Source: Takakia lepidozioides (taxonomy: Eukaryota > Plantae > Bryophyta). Taken from it: a DNA stretch of 64,000 nucleotides. The DNA lies in NCBI GenBank assembly GCA_030704615.1, contig CM060731.1, forward strand, positions 26,970,001 to 27,034,000, given 5' to 3'. The translations under genes were made by a program, and so were the position numbers. This document shows positions 37,750-50,152 of the stretch, one piece after another. Every line of letters starts with the position of its first letter. Position 1 is the stretch's first letter. A model generated the notes under the pieces. That model was not told where the DNA came from. It made no database searches and saw nothing but the letters and a program-made list of their open reading frames with translations.

Positions 37750-38520
37750 CTGGTTTGTGCTGTTTGATGCTGTTTGATGCTAGTATATTTGGTAAGTCTC
37801 CACGTATGTTCCTTCTCTGTATGGACTTATTTGCATGCTGGTAGAGGGGTTAGTTCTTTGTTGTTGGATTCCAATAGATTTGGTTAATCCTTTTCTGTGA
37901 GGAATTATTTTTATTGTTAGTTCTTTGCTATTGATGCTAATAGATTTGATTATCCTCGTTCTGTCGGAATTAATTTGCAAAACGTTCTATTGGGTGCTAG
38001 TAGATTCTGGTCAGTTTTTTGTTCTTTGATGCCAATAGAGTTTAGTTCCATTTTCTTTTTGGAATTGTTTCGCTAGTTACTTCTTTGCTGTTTGATGTTA
38101 ATAGATTTGGTTAGTCTCCAACTTTCCTTTGCTATCTGTTTTCTGTTTGAAATCATTTTTCGAGTACCTAGTAGAGTTCTTTGCTATTAAACTTGGTTCG
38201 TACTGGTTGGTTCTTTGTGTTGGATGGTTTGGTCAGTACCTAGTTTCCTTTTCTCTCTCTGGGATCATGCTGCAAAAATCTCTATTTGATGCTAGTAGAG
38301 GGTGTTTTGTTGTTTGATGCTAGTAGAGGGTGTTTTGTTGTTTGATGCTGATAGATTTGGTTAGTCTCTAGTTCCTTTTTGTTTGTAGTGGAGGAGTTAG
38401 TTCTTTGCTCTTTCATGCCAAATAGAGTTGGTTAGTTTATCACTCTACGATTTCCTTCCCTGTCAATAATTAATTTCCAAATGGTTTTGTTTGATGCCAC
38501 TAGAGTGTGGTTCATTTTGT
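37750..38520. repeat. Degenerate T-rich tandem repeats with core TGTTTGATGCTAGTAGA
   Basis: About ten diverged copies of TTTGATGC(T/C)A(G/A)TAGA...TTGGTTAGT downstream of the MYB-CC gene. Confidence 0.65.
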
Positions 38521-39114
38521 TCTTTTGTAGAGGCTACATAATTGTTTTCTACGGATTTACTAACTTACTTGCCTACCTCCCTAGCAATTTGGGGGGATGG
38601 GGGTTTGTCGGCTTCATTTTTGGCATAGTAGTGGTTGGAGTTTTTAGAATCTGAAGTCTAAAGAGTCTGAAACCCTAAATGTCAATTTGTGCCGTTAGTT
38701 GAATGGTGAAGATAAGCAGTGCATTTTCAAGTGAGGTTACATTTCAATGCAATATTGCACCGGGGCTTGTGTATACAAAGGTGCCATTGTTTCTTCTTAA
38801 CACATAATTGTCGTAAGGTGATGGTAATGGAGGTGATCAAGTGGAAGGGTTTATTCTTGATGGGTGGTAATGTCACCCTTGACTTCTATCGTTCATGTCA
38901 ACCCCTTGTATTGTGTAACTCCTCTTACTCCATTTTAAACTTAGCCAAATTTGGACTTGGTCCAATTTCAAGACCAAGTGTGAGTTACACCGAGTGGAGT
39001 TACCCTTCCCGCCCATGTAACCCCCAAGTGGAGTTACACTCCACAAGCGTGTAACCCCGACTAGAGTTTGTAATCACTCCCTATAACTCCTCATTCTCGG
39101 AGAAGACTTCTTAA

Positions 39115-39936
39115 CCCTAAAGTTCCCAAGCCCTTTTTTTACTTTTTACCAATTTTGGGTACCTAGCTGCAGTAAATTGCCCCTAGAAACCTACCAAAAA
39201 TCATCCAGATTCCAGCCTTATAGCAATGGGCCCAGCTCATTTATGCATGACATACCGAAAAATGAGCCAAGTCCACCGTGGAAATTGTGAGATTATAGCG
39301 TTGGCCAGGACCTCAAATATCAGGTCCCAAAGAAAAAGTGAGAAAGAAATTGGTTTGACCAAATCAAAACCTAGCTTTATCCAATTTTGCTTGCCCCAAG
39401 ACCCACCATTTCCAAATCAATAGTGGAGTGGCCATGACCCCACTAAATTGCAGGTCCAACTGATTTTTTCACCTATGGTTGCTATGCATGCAATTACATG
39501 GGGGTTGAAATCTCAAAATTGACAAGAGAAAATGTGCCTCCAAATGAAGTACTTCTTTTTCTACAAATTTGTTAAAAGCCAACGGTGGATGTGTGTATGT
39601 AATGCTCACACACCACAAGGTGAAGTGTTTTTTCCAAAATTGCTAATTTTCTGCCAAAAATGGCCTTTGGAGTGCAATCTGTTTTGGGCTTGTTTACCTG
39701 CCACGTCAGCGGTCAACAGCCCTTTTCAGGCCCCAAAATGTAAATGAGAAATCTAAGATATTTTTTTGTAAGTCGCAGCTTTTGTTTTTTTTTCATTTTG
39801 TTTTTTGCATCATACTCGAGACAAATCCATTGTCATTAAAGCTTCAGGGGTGGGCCCCATCAGATTAGATCTGCAAAAATTTGGTCGAACTGCAAATTCA
39901 AAGTGACCCGATTCAGGTCGCTTGGGAACTTAAGGG
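39115..39936. mobile_element. piggyBac-like MITE (822 bp)
   Basis: TIRs CCCTAAAGTTCCCAAGC / CCCTTAAGTTCCCAAGC (16/17 identical). Flanks are TTAA (39111-39114) and TTAC (39937-39940). Confidence 0.7.
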
Positions 39937-40865
39937 TTACATATGGCAAATGACATTCTTAGCAAAATGTTAAATTTGCCTTCTCAAATCTCTGAACTTA
40001 TCATACTCATCTTCAAGAAGGGGGACACATAGAGAACTGCAAACTATTGTCCGTCATCCTACTAAACTCTACTTATAAAATCATAGCAAAAGCCTTGGCT
40101 ATGAGACTCCAACCTCTGCTCCCCTACAAGATCATCAGAAAATATCAAATTGGCCTTATAAAAGATAGGATGATTATGGACAACATCTTACTGGCCCATG
40201 AGGCCCTGCATACAGCCAAAACCAGTCATCAGCCCCTAACATTCCTCGTGCTAGACTTTGAGAAGCTTTTACTCAATCGATTGGGATTTTCTATTGAGGA
40301 CCTTGGCTAAGGCTGGCTTTTAGGGACCTTTCATTGAATGGATTAAAATCCTCCTCTCTTCCGCCTTGAGCAAGGTAATGATTAATGGGGTAATCTCTGA
40401 CTCGTTCTCTTTGTCTCGATCTGTTCGACGAAGATGTCCTAGCTTTACTCATTTTCTCTTCCTAATTGTTGTGGACAGTCTGGGGCATATGTGGGATAAT
40501 GATATATTGGGTTTGCATGTTCCTCCCTCACAGTTTAATCAGCCTTCGATGGTTAAGCTATCAATGTACGTTGATGATACAACCTTGCTATTGTATAACT
40601 CTTACATGGGCAACATAGAGCGGGCCCTCTCTGCTTTGAACCAATTTACTTGCTAATTAGGTTACCAAATGGGACATCACCTCACAGACCAGCAGCATTT
40701 TTGTCGGGGTTCTGAAAAAACTAAAGCAAAAGCTGACCTACTGGAGCTCCACTATGCTGTCTCTCCCAGGAAAGACATCAGTGCTACACCAAATTATTCT
40801 GGCCTCTATTTGGTTCTTAGCGGCCGTCTAGGCCCCGGCTCCCTCATCAAGCGGCTGAGCGCAAT

Positions 40866-42094
40866 GAGGAATGCTAATTCGTGAGCCTACTCATGAGCTC
40901 ACATGTGCTTGTGAGCTTAGGAGGGGGGGCCATAATCGCGGATATTTCACCTATTTCCGTGCATTCGCCTCTTGCCAATAATTATCCCATAATTGAATGA
41001 TAGCATCAGTCACAACAGCTTGTCAAGCGGGAAAAAAAAAAATGTAGTCGTAAAAACCAATTTCGTGACGAAATCCAAGTTTGTGCTCACGTGAGTTCAA
41101 TTTTGGACAAGCTTGAAAGCGAGAAACCAAAAAAAGAAAAGAAAAAACCAATTTTGCTGACAAAACCCATGTTTGTACTCACGTGAGTCCAATTTTGGAC
41201 ACTCTAAGCTACGATGAGTTTACAGTGTCGAACAACGAGATACTGCACATGGTGTCCTATTTATTTTTTATGTCCTATTGCTTTGCCTAGATTGCCTCTT
41301 ATGTGGGTATTGACGCCCACATAATTCATGGACCTCCCGCAAGTCCTCCACTGACACACTAAAGTGACTTGTTTTTAAAAAATAATAATGTGAGGACTTA
41401 TGAGGGTGTTGACGCCCACATAATTCAAGGACCTCCTGCAAGTCCTCCAATGACACCCAAAAAAAAAAAAACTTATGTGGCCTACATAAATTCGTGGACC
41501 TCCCGCAAGTCCTTCAATGACAAAAACAAGAAAAAACAAAACAAAACAATTTTTTTCAAAAACAAATTATATTAAATGTGAGGACTCAACGCCCACATAA
41601 TTCATGGATCTCCCGCAAGTCCTCCAATGAGGGAAAAAAACAAACAAACAAACAAAAATAAAATAAAATAAAATTTAAAAATAATAAATATAAAATGTGA
41701 GTGGGTGTTGATGCCCACATAATTCATGGACCTCCCGCAAGTCCTCTAATGACACAATAAAAACAAAATTTTCAGATTATTTCAAAAATAAAATAAAATA
41801 TATCATAACATACCATAGCTTTATGAGGTCTAGAAATTATGTGGTCGTCAATGCCCACATAAGTCCTCACACCTGATTATAGGCACATAATGAATGCCAA
41901 TACGATTCCAATTTTTCAAATGGCGCTGTCAGTATTCTCGCGGGAATAGGTTTGCCTTTGTCCACGGGTATAGGCCCACTTTCTAATATCGCACCACTCT
42001 GCACTTACGGCCACTAAGCGTGAAGCTTAGTGGGTCAATCGTGAGCCTGGGCTCATAGGCTCACTTGAGCAAGCTCATGGCGTAGCTTTCCCTC
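40866..42094. mobile_element. Non-autonomous Mutator-like element (1229 bp) with GTGAGC/GCTCAC-rich ends and an internal palindromic repeat array
   Basis: 9-bp TSD GAGCGCAAT (40857-40865) / GAGGGCAAT (42095-42103). Imperfect TIRs GAGGAATGCTAATTCGTGAGCCTACTCA vs GAGGGAAAGCTACGCCATGAGCTTGCTCA. Removing it restores the LINE frame. Confidence 0.82.
41300..41872. repeat. Five direct and one inverted copy of a ~45-55-bp repeat (ATGTGGGYRTTGACGCCCACATAATTCATGGACCTCCCGCAAGTCCTCCAATGAC) separated by A-rich spacers
   Basis: Copies near 41300, 41400, 41475, 41590 and 41700, with an inverted copy near 41835. The intact copies contain an ATGTGGG..CCCACAT hairpin. Confidence 0.88.
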
Positions 42095-43037
42095 GAGGGC
42101 AATGATGCGAAATTTTCTTTGGGGCGTTACACCCAGCAGTCCCCATCGGCGTGCCCTGGTCTACGGAAAACAGATCTGTCAACCAAAATGTCAGGGAGGG
42201 ATGGCTGGGATTATTGATCTCACCTCGCAAATCGTTGTCTTGCTTGCTAAGTGGGTGCCAAGAGCATTGAAATACATGCACAATACCTGAATATAAGGTT
42301 GGTCCAAACACACATGCTGGAGGTTAGGACGCAATCGTATGGAAACTGGACCTCTTCCCTCAAATGGATTGTGTAGGGAAAAGGCACCACGGCTCTTGGT
42401 CACAGCCTAAGTTGGCTCTCAATTTGGAAAGCGTGGAACCTGCTGAGACCTTCTCTAACCCGAAGGATGCCGGTCAATTTCGCTGAAGCTATTCGCCAGC
42501 CAGTTTTTGGAAACTATGATGTGGACATGGAGATGCTGCTGTCTTTGGTCCCAAAATGGGCAAGCTGGAAAAATGCGGGCTTTATAACAAATATTTGGGA
42601 GCAAGGAGATTTCTCGGTCCCCACCCCTCTTATTACATATGCTTCAATCCTCAATTTCCTGGCCTAGTATATTCAAAGTTTGCTCTAGGATGAGAATATG
42701 GAGTGGGCCCTACCAACCTGGTTTGGCTGAGGGGCCAGCAATCCCTACAATGTTTTGCTAACCTTGTCATATGATGGCGGCAGTGTCCAAGGCCTTGACT
42801 TCAAAGTTCTTAATGCGGAAGGTTTAATGATTCTCTTAGGAAATGGGAGTTTAGCAAAAACAGACCTCTTCTTGGTTAGGTTCATTGACTCATGTGATAT
42901 TGGGAGGCCTACTGGAAGGAGTGAAGAGAGTATCCCAAATTTACAGAGTAATCCACCCCTGAAAAGGGGCAGTAGCCGCAAGGGCGCGAAGTGGCTCTTA
43001 GTTCCTTCGGCTTCGGCGGGAGTCTTCTCTCTCTCTA

Positions 43038-43300
43038 TACAGAGTAAAGCGAAAAATGAAAGCGAGCCCTATCCATCCAAGACCACTCTCATGGGTCGAA
43101 CTGCAATCATGCCAACAAGATAGACAGGAACCAATTGCAGTGAGAGTGGTCTGATGTCACCACAGGGACAAGCCATTCATTGGGCTCACATCTCTCACTG
43201 CAATTGGTTCATGTCTATCTTGCTGGCAGGATTGCAGTTCGACCCATGAGAGTGGTTTTGGATAGATAGGGCTCGCTTTTTTTTTTTCGCTTACTCTGTA
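43038..43300. repeat. Fold-back inverted repeat, ~109-bp arms (43038-43146, 43192-43300), 45-nt loop
   Basis: TACAGAGTAAAGCG...GCAGTGAGAG is the near-exact reverse complement of CTCTCACTGC...CGCTTACTCTGTA. The right arm is LINE-sense sequence. Confidence 0.88.
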
Positions 43301-43615
43301 AAATTGGGATACTCTCTCCTCTCGCCAACTCAGTCCTTCTCTAGAAAATACCTAAATAATGGAGTTTTTTTTTTGCAAAGTGCGCTAGTCAATTGGTCAC
43401 ACATTTGGAAAGAAATATGGTGTACAGATCAGGCTGCATCTAAAATCTTTGCTTTTCTTTGGAAGATCGCTCATTGCATCCTCCCGGTAAAAGACTACGT
43501 CGTGATGACTGATGATCCAAGTTATACACTGTAGAGCAAAAAGAAGGCTCATGCATATTCTTTTTGTTCACTCATGCATTGTGGTTAGTTGGATGACACA
43601 AGTGACACCGTAGAC

Positions 43616-44234
43616 TGTCAAGGACGAGAACATGATTGAACACAAACAAGAGATAAGACTAGAGGTACAAGGCTAGACAAGAAGTCAAGGTCGGCGTGGC
43701 CGAATGCACGATGAGTAAATAGGAATCAAGATGATCTTTATAACAATGAATAAGAGTACAAGATATTGGAACACGACTTGAATACTGGAATGCTGGAAAC
43801 TAGACTGGAGTACCAGATACTGGAAACTGGGCTAGGGTACTGGGAACTGGACTGGAGTACGGGGAACTGGAAACAAGAGTAGCTTGAACTGGTGTTGACT
43901 GAAGAGTGTCTAGTTTCGCCTCCTATATATACTGGCTACTAAGAAGCTTCCCTAATAAGCTTCCTCTATGGAGATTGCTTGCTGGAGAAGTTTCCAAGAT
44001 TAAACAAAGGTTTCTTGATGGAGAAGCTTCCTTAAGCAAATAAGGTATCTTGATGGAGAAGTTTCCACCAAATGAAGCTTCCTGAGTAGTTTCCCAAGTT
44101 ACTCTTGGTAATTTGGTAAACTCCCGGTAACTTGGTAAGTAATGGTAAATCATTGTAGATCATGATAAATCATGGTAACTTGGTAACTTCTGGTATTTAC
44201 TCCTGGTAAGTTCCTCTGGGCTATGTCCGTGACA
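43616..44234 (-). mobile_element. Complete LTR (619 bp, TGTCA...TGACA) of the chromovirus family, 3'-LTR type, minus orientation
   Basis: Reverse-complement match to the LTRs at 59543 and 62030. The polypurine tract AGAGGAGGGGTTGA abuts it at 44235-44248. It is preceded on the - strand by part of the 3' extra ORF (44247-44455) and another LTR fragment (44456-44678). Confidence 0.9.
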
Positions 44235-44678
44235 TCAACCCCTCCTCTAGCGCCGAGTTACTCGAGGAGCGGTAAAATCTTGGACTTGGAGAAAATCCAA
44301 AATCCGACGAATGGTACTTGTCAAGTATTCAGCTCTTCGTTCTTGACTCAAATGATTTATAGGTCCTTGCAACCATCGATAGTGTCCAACAGCTTGAACT
44401 TGGGACCACGCAGTAATTTGAGCATTCTGATTTTCGAAACTACCTTCAAACATAACTAGACTGGAGTAGCAGATACTGGAAACTGGGCTATGGTACTGGG
44501 AACTGGACTGGAGTACGGGGAATTGGATTAGAGTATGGGGAACTGGAAACAATAGTAGCTTGAACTGGTGTTGGCGAGACTAAAGAGTGTCCAGTCTCGC
44601 CTCATATGTATACTGGCTACTAAGAAGCTTCCCTAAGAAGCTTCCCCTATGGAGGTTGCTTGCTGGAGAAGTTTCCAA

Positions 44679-45179
44679 ATCTTCGACAATGAGCACGTCC
44701 TGCTTCCGTTTATGCTGCCGAATTTCGACAACTTGCGTGCGACCTCGACTGGAATGAGAAGAGTCTCATTAGTCAGTTTCGATGTGGGCTAAAAGATGAT
44801 GTAAAAGATTTGTTGCTGACAATGCCAAACGTGAGCACACTGAGTGAATTCATCACCCAAGCCATTGCATGCGATAATCGTTTGTTCGAAAGACGTCAAG
44901 AGAAGCGATCTGGATGGTCTACGACGCATCATGCCACTGCTACTACGACATCAAACACAACGATCCATCAGACATCAAGTAGTGATCATATGCAGATTGA
45001 TGCTGTCCGATTCAAGCCATTGACGCCACAAGAAAACAAAGACGGTGCTCGAATGGATTATGCCTCTATTGCGGAGAAGAAGATCACATAGCATTAAACT
45101 GCCCCAACAAGAGAATCGGGGCACAACTCAAGTGTTCGATACGAGGAGGTCGGAAAACGAAGATGTCCAGTCACAGTAG
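44679..45179 (+). pseudogene. gag: gag (3' half) with CCHC zinc knuckle
   Basis: ASVYAAEFRQLACDLDWNEKSLISQFRCGLKDDVKDLL, then MQIDA and CLYCGEEDHIALNCP (one frameshift). Ends with GGAAAAC and TAG. Confidence 0.88.
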
Positions 45180-45786
45180 GGACCAACGACGCAATGGCGT
45201 GAGCGCGCGAGCGTACGCTCACGCAGGAGTGACGTGGCGTGAGCCTGCACCCACGCTGACGTGGCGTGAGCGTCATGTCAGCATGCTGATGTGGCGGCAA
45301 ATTATAACGTGGCACTGTCTGTCATCTGCCACGTCAGCATTAACATGCGCCGCCTATAACCGAGGATGATCCTATGACCGTGGAATTAATGCAGGGAATC
45401 TTGCCTAAATAGAATCAAGACTACCATGAGGCCTACAATTGTAGCATCCAACATTGTGCAATTACAAATGTTTGTTTCACTTTTACAATTACGAGGATGA
45501 GAAAATATCCTCACAAAGTGTGCGCCATAGAGGCTGCCACGGGAAGACCTACCTCCCTCCTCAAATAACAATGAGAGTTAGGATCATCTTCAAAAGATGA
45601 TTGTAGTGCATAGCGACAGCAATACATGTAGACTTCGAACGATGCAATGACAAATGTGCTTTTAAAAGTTGTCACTCAGAGCTCACTCCATATAGTTGGA
45701 GGCCTTATCATTGCACCGCCGACGAATTGATGTGAATTACACATTTCAAATCATGGTCGTCCACATACCACATTGCATAGTTAATG

Positions 45787-48700
45787 CTACCCATGTGTTG
45801 TATCCCGCTGCAATAGAGTATCAACCTCGTTGAAACTCATAGTGGTCTGGTGAATGAAGTTGTCACGTTTGGGATCGCAAACCATCCTCTTCAAAAATAT
45901 GAAATACAAATGTTTGCAAGGTATGAATTTACCTCTCTTGCCCAAACTGGTTGATAGCATATTCACAAAATCAGGACATGTGCAATTAGGAAAATTGGAA
46001 ACTGTGATGTCGTAGGTCTTGTCATGAATAGCAGATGTGGAAGTGATGATTGTGAATACCCGACCATATCCTGGATCGAGTACTTCCGTGGTGCTTCCAA
46101 CATGAGCTTGGAGCATTCTTGCGGACTCCACTTTGCCAAAGTGTTCAGCGGTTGGAGGGAAATGCTGAACGAGCTTTCCATCTCGTTTGGTTGGCCACAA
46201 GTCAGGATTTGCCGGGGGGACCCGGGAGGACGCAGAAGTAGTAGCACATGCATGGAGTTGGGGTTGTCTCGCAAGGGAAAAGACTGCCTCCTCCAGCATT
46301 TCAATCTCCTGAAATATGAGATGTGTTCCCACCTTCACGGGCCAAACGGTTGGAGGAGATGGCTTCATCACTACGGAAGGACGCACAGTTCCATGCACAC
46401 ATCTGACACAATCATCTGCGCAGAACCAGAACTTGTGGTTCTTGGCTTCTGGTTGACCGTATGGACGCATCAAACCCGTGAAAGTCGGAGCAGGAGTTCG
46501 GGCACCACCTCTGGATATAGATGAAGTGCACTTCTCGAAATTAGTTGCCCTGATCACTGTACATTTCACACGAGACCCTACACTTGTGCGTTCTATGTAT
46601 CAAACGTGGTCGGGGCATGCGGACTCAAGCACATCAAGAGGGTTGTTTCTCTCCTGCACCATTTCAGTGGCATTGTTTGATGCTGGAGCTTGCCGTCGTG
46701 TTGGAGGTTCCTCCACAATGGAGGTTCCGGACATGGAGCTGTCATGCAGGGGAACACGAGGCTTCGAGAAGTTATCACAGTCTGCCCTGTGCGAATCGGA
46801 ATCCAAACCAAGTGGAGTGTTCAATTTCCTCTTACAGGAGCCGAATCTCTCCTCCCCTTCAAGATGTGGAACTCTAGAAACAAGTGGCGTTCCCTGGGCA
46901 TACATGCTCACCGCCTGTGCTATCTTGATTGGATCCCCAGATCTGTTTGCAACACGCAACATCAACTCTCATTTGTCCGGACCCTTGCCACCAACCCCAC
47001 CTCGCAAGAAATCACGGTATCGGGTTTGTTGTTGCAAGGCACATATCAAATCATCTGTTGTTGCCACATACAAATCCCGACCTCGTTTCCCAGACTGTTG
47101 CAACCATGCGTTGTGCACAGTTTCTGCCAAGTTGCAAGATGGCATGTCCGCCATTTCCTCAATGGACATGTTCTGCAAAGTGGAGAACCACACTTCAAAC
47201 CAGTGAACAGAAAACAACATAAAGAAAGCGAGGAGACAATAAAATGGAAAGTAAATGTATGAATAAAGCAAGAAATATAAGCCTCGTACCACTACCATGG
47301 CTGCTCCCCACTGTCTATACCGGAAGTGCCAAAACACCAGCCAATCTTCCAATGCTCTCATACTCTCAAGTGATGCAGCTCCAGAAGAGAACAACCAGGC
47401 ACGAATTGTCTGGAACAAAATGTCCGCCTCCTTCATTGTTCTAGCATCTTTGTACTATTTGCACAATTTACGGTGCTGAGTCTGTATCTCTGGTTTGATG
47501 TCCGACTTTGTATGTTTTTCTAGAGATTGTGTCCAATGGAATAGACATGTATGCTCTCTTCCTCGCATTGGCACTTTTGGGTCGCCCGATCCGAAGACAA
47601 TACGAACAGCATTGATGAAATTTGCTTGAGCACTATCCGCCATGAAACCTGCAAAATTTGGAGATGGCAGCCCATGGCAACCCATGACACGTATCAGGGA
47701 ATTCCACATGAGCTTCTGGGATTCCGTATCCTCGGATTGCATGTCACAAACTGCACTTGTCATAACTCGTTGGTACACTGGATCGTAGACATGACGAGCC
47801 ATTGTCGTCCAATCCTTCACTCGTTTCACATGATCAAACATAAGAAAACAGTGCTACAAGTCCCCAGTCTTCTGCATCCGCTTCACGAGGCTAACCCCAC
47901 TGCCCTCCCCAACAGTCGACATTTTGAAAAGAAAAACTTTGATGGCACCTTGACCTGGGAATACATTGTCCTGGATGTAATCGTACTTGCTCACTCGTTT
48001 CAACTCCAAAATGTTGTCTATGTAGCCTCTGATACTAGAGCCCATTCTTTAATGCATTGATCTGATGCCGAATGTTAGGTGAACTCAAAGTGGAGAAATG
48101 ATCCATGACCAGGTCCAATGCTGCACCGTCAAGTTTAGTCCCCACAGAATCCCCTTCACTCAAAATATGGCTTTCCAAGAAGGACTTGCTTGCGCCAAGA
48201 GCAATTGCAGATGTTGTTGCGGATGGGTTTCTCCCGAACTCATGTTTAATCAACCTCGATACTGTCTCAACACTCTCCTGTAATCCCCATTCGAGACAGG
48301 ATGGTTATGGAATCCGAAATGCACACAAGCTCTTGTCATTGTTTTCAAACGGTGGACAACATAGTACATTCTTGCTCCGCAGAGCGCCAAGCAGGATGGC
48401 ACAAGTTTGCAGAATTTGCAGACGAAAGTGTTTGCCGGTTTTGGGGCAGTCCCAGGCTGAAATGGATTTTCCGCCAGACCCTCCCATTCGCTTTGATTAT
48501 GAACCCCAGACTGAAGAAAGTGTCTGCAATTCAAATTTCACACCTAAGGTATCCATTGCAAACTGTTCTCCTGAAACAAGCTTGTCATCATTCTGAATAT
48601 TGGATGTTTTTGTTTTGCACCACGGGTGCCCGTCGTGTTTCTTGTCCATTCCATGCATCATGATTGTTACACCTCCAACTCGCGGAGGAGGAGGCAGCTT

Positions 48701-49300
48701 GAATAGGATATCGCCATCAAAAGTCTCTGGCAAGAACTTCACAGGCACCTGCTTCAAAGATTCCCAATCAATTCCTCGCAACTCACTTTGAATCCAGCCA
48801 TTCCTCCCATCGCCCGTAGTTTTGGAATGACACTACAAATCTCTTCTTCATCAGCTTCTCCAACCACAGTAGGAAGGACTGGATTTGGAATTTCACTTAT
48901 GTCATCATCGGACGAATCCGAAAGCTCAACGATTGGAGTGGAGGACGTCTGTTCTTTTTCACCACCACCTCCCTCTTGTCTTCAACGACCGAAGCAACAG
49001 TCCCGGGCGTCACATATGACCCAAGGGACTTTTGCCGAGGCTCTCCAAGTACTCTGTATCGACTAGGGCGCACTCTCCACTGGCTGACATGAGCCGTCTC
49101 ATCACGGTTTGGAAAGAGTATTTCAACAATCTTCCCTTTCAAATCGTACACCTCTTTCTCCAAAAAGATGGAGCCATTCTGAAGCTGAAAACGGGTAGCC
49201 AAGACATGTTCCAGAACAATTGCAAATCCTTGTCAAGGACTTCCTGGGAGAACGGCACTGGTTTGTCGTCAGAGAAGAACTGCTTCAGAGGAAGCCAAAT
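45787..49300 (-). pseudogene. Mutator-family DDE transposase with GCM/WRKY-like Zn DNA-binding domain and C-terminal SWIM finger (frameshifted; 5' end approximate)
   Basis: N-terminal DGHPWCKTKTSN...CNGYLRC...CKFCK..P.C...C.ARMYY...R.CVHFGFHNHP. Catalytic core MFDHVKR, FMADSAQAN, CLFH (CxxH) and NLAETVH. SWIM finger YDITV...PNCTCPDF...PCKHLYF. One intron near 47175-47289. Confidence 0.82.
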
Positions 49301-50152
49301 TCCTTCCTCGCGTACGTTGATACCTTGCTATCGCAGACCTTTAGTGTAAATCGGTTTACTGATGTCTCCAGAACACAGTTGAAGAATGAGCAAAGAATAT
49401 GGCGGAGGAAGCTCAGACGACGACTGTGTATATTCTGTTATTCCTTCCAGATATGCAACCGTCCATTTTTAATTACTTTTCTTGTGGGCCCAGTGGTCAG
49501 AGTATCCCTAGGAGCAATGTCGGCAGCTGTTAAACCGTTAATCAGAACCTCATCAATAAACACAATAACAAGCCGACTTCCTGGAAGCATGCCACAAGAT
49601 CTAAGGGTGGGATTGCAGATTAAGTAAATGTATCTTTATACTACTACCAATGATCATGCGCACCTGGAAAGTTCAAAATGTGAAATGAACGTGGGGTTGG
49701 CTAACAAGGATGACCGTGTATGATATCCCAAAATTTGTCATCAAACTCTCGTTCATTTACATATATTTGTCTAAGACTGTGCGCCAAGATTTCTGGGATT
49801 CGCTGTTATTTTTAAATATTGAAACCGTTCTAATAAAGAACACGCCGTTTATTTTGGGCGACACACGTCAGACATCGATAACTGAATACGAAGCTGTACA
49901 CTAATTGCTGGATGTGCCACTAATAAGGGAACGACTATGTGCAACGGTCACGCGAGAGGGAATCCGATGCTTCTAGAGACAAGCAACAACGCACGCAATC
50001 CCGCAAGAAATCGGGAGTCACTTCGTTTTTCTACTTTTCACGCTTTAGAGGGAGAGTGGTAGTCAAGCTGGGAGAGGTTCCTTTACAATACGAAAGAGAA
50101 GAAAGTCTCTTTATTTACTTCCCTTAGAGAGAGACGCAGAGCAAGAGAGCAA

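Larger units (their letters stand above)
39940..43530 (+). mobile_element. Decayed LINE (L1/Tx1-like ORF2: reverse transcriptase and zf-RVT), interrupted at 40866-42094 and rearranged at ~42720-43190
   Basis: LLNSTYKIIAKALAMRLQPLLP, DNILLAHEAL, LDFEK, VMING..SDSFSLSRSVRRRCP, MYVDDTTL (YADD equivalent), IKRL.AMMRNFLWG rejoined across the insertion, GGMAGIIDL and WKEIW...KIFAFLWKIAH. Many stops and frameshifts. Confidence 0.88.

Noticed and set aside
41300-41872. CRISPR-like look of repeat-spacer array
   Set aside because: Eukaryotic context, no cas genes, low-complexity A-tract spacers of variable length, one inverted repeat, and the array sits inside a TSD-flanked transposon.
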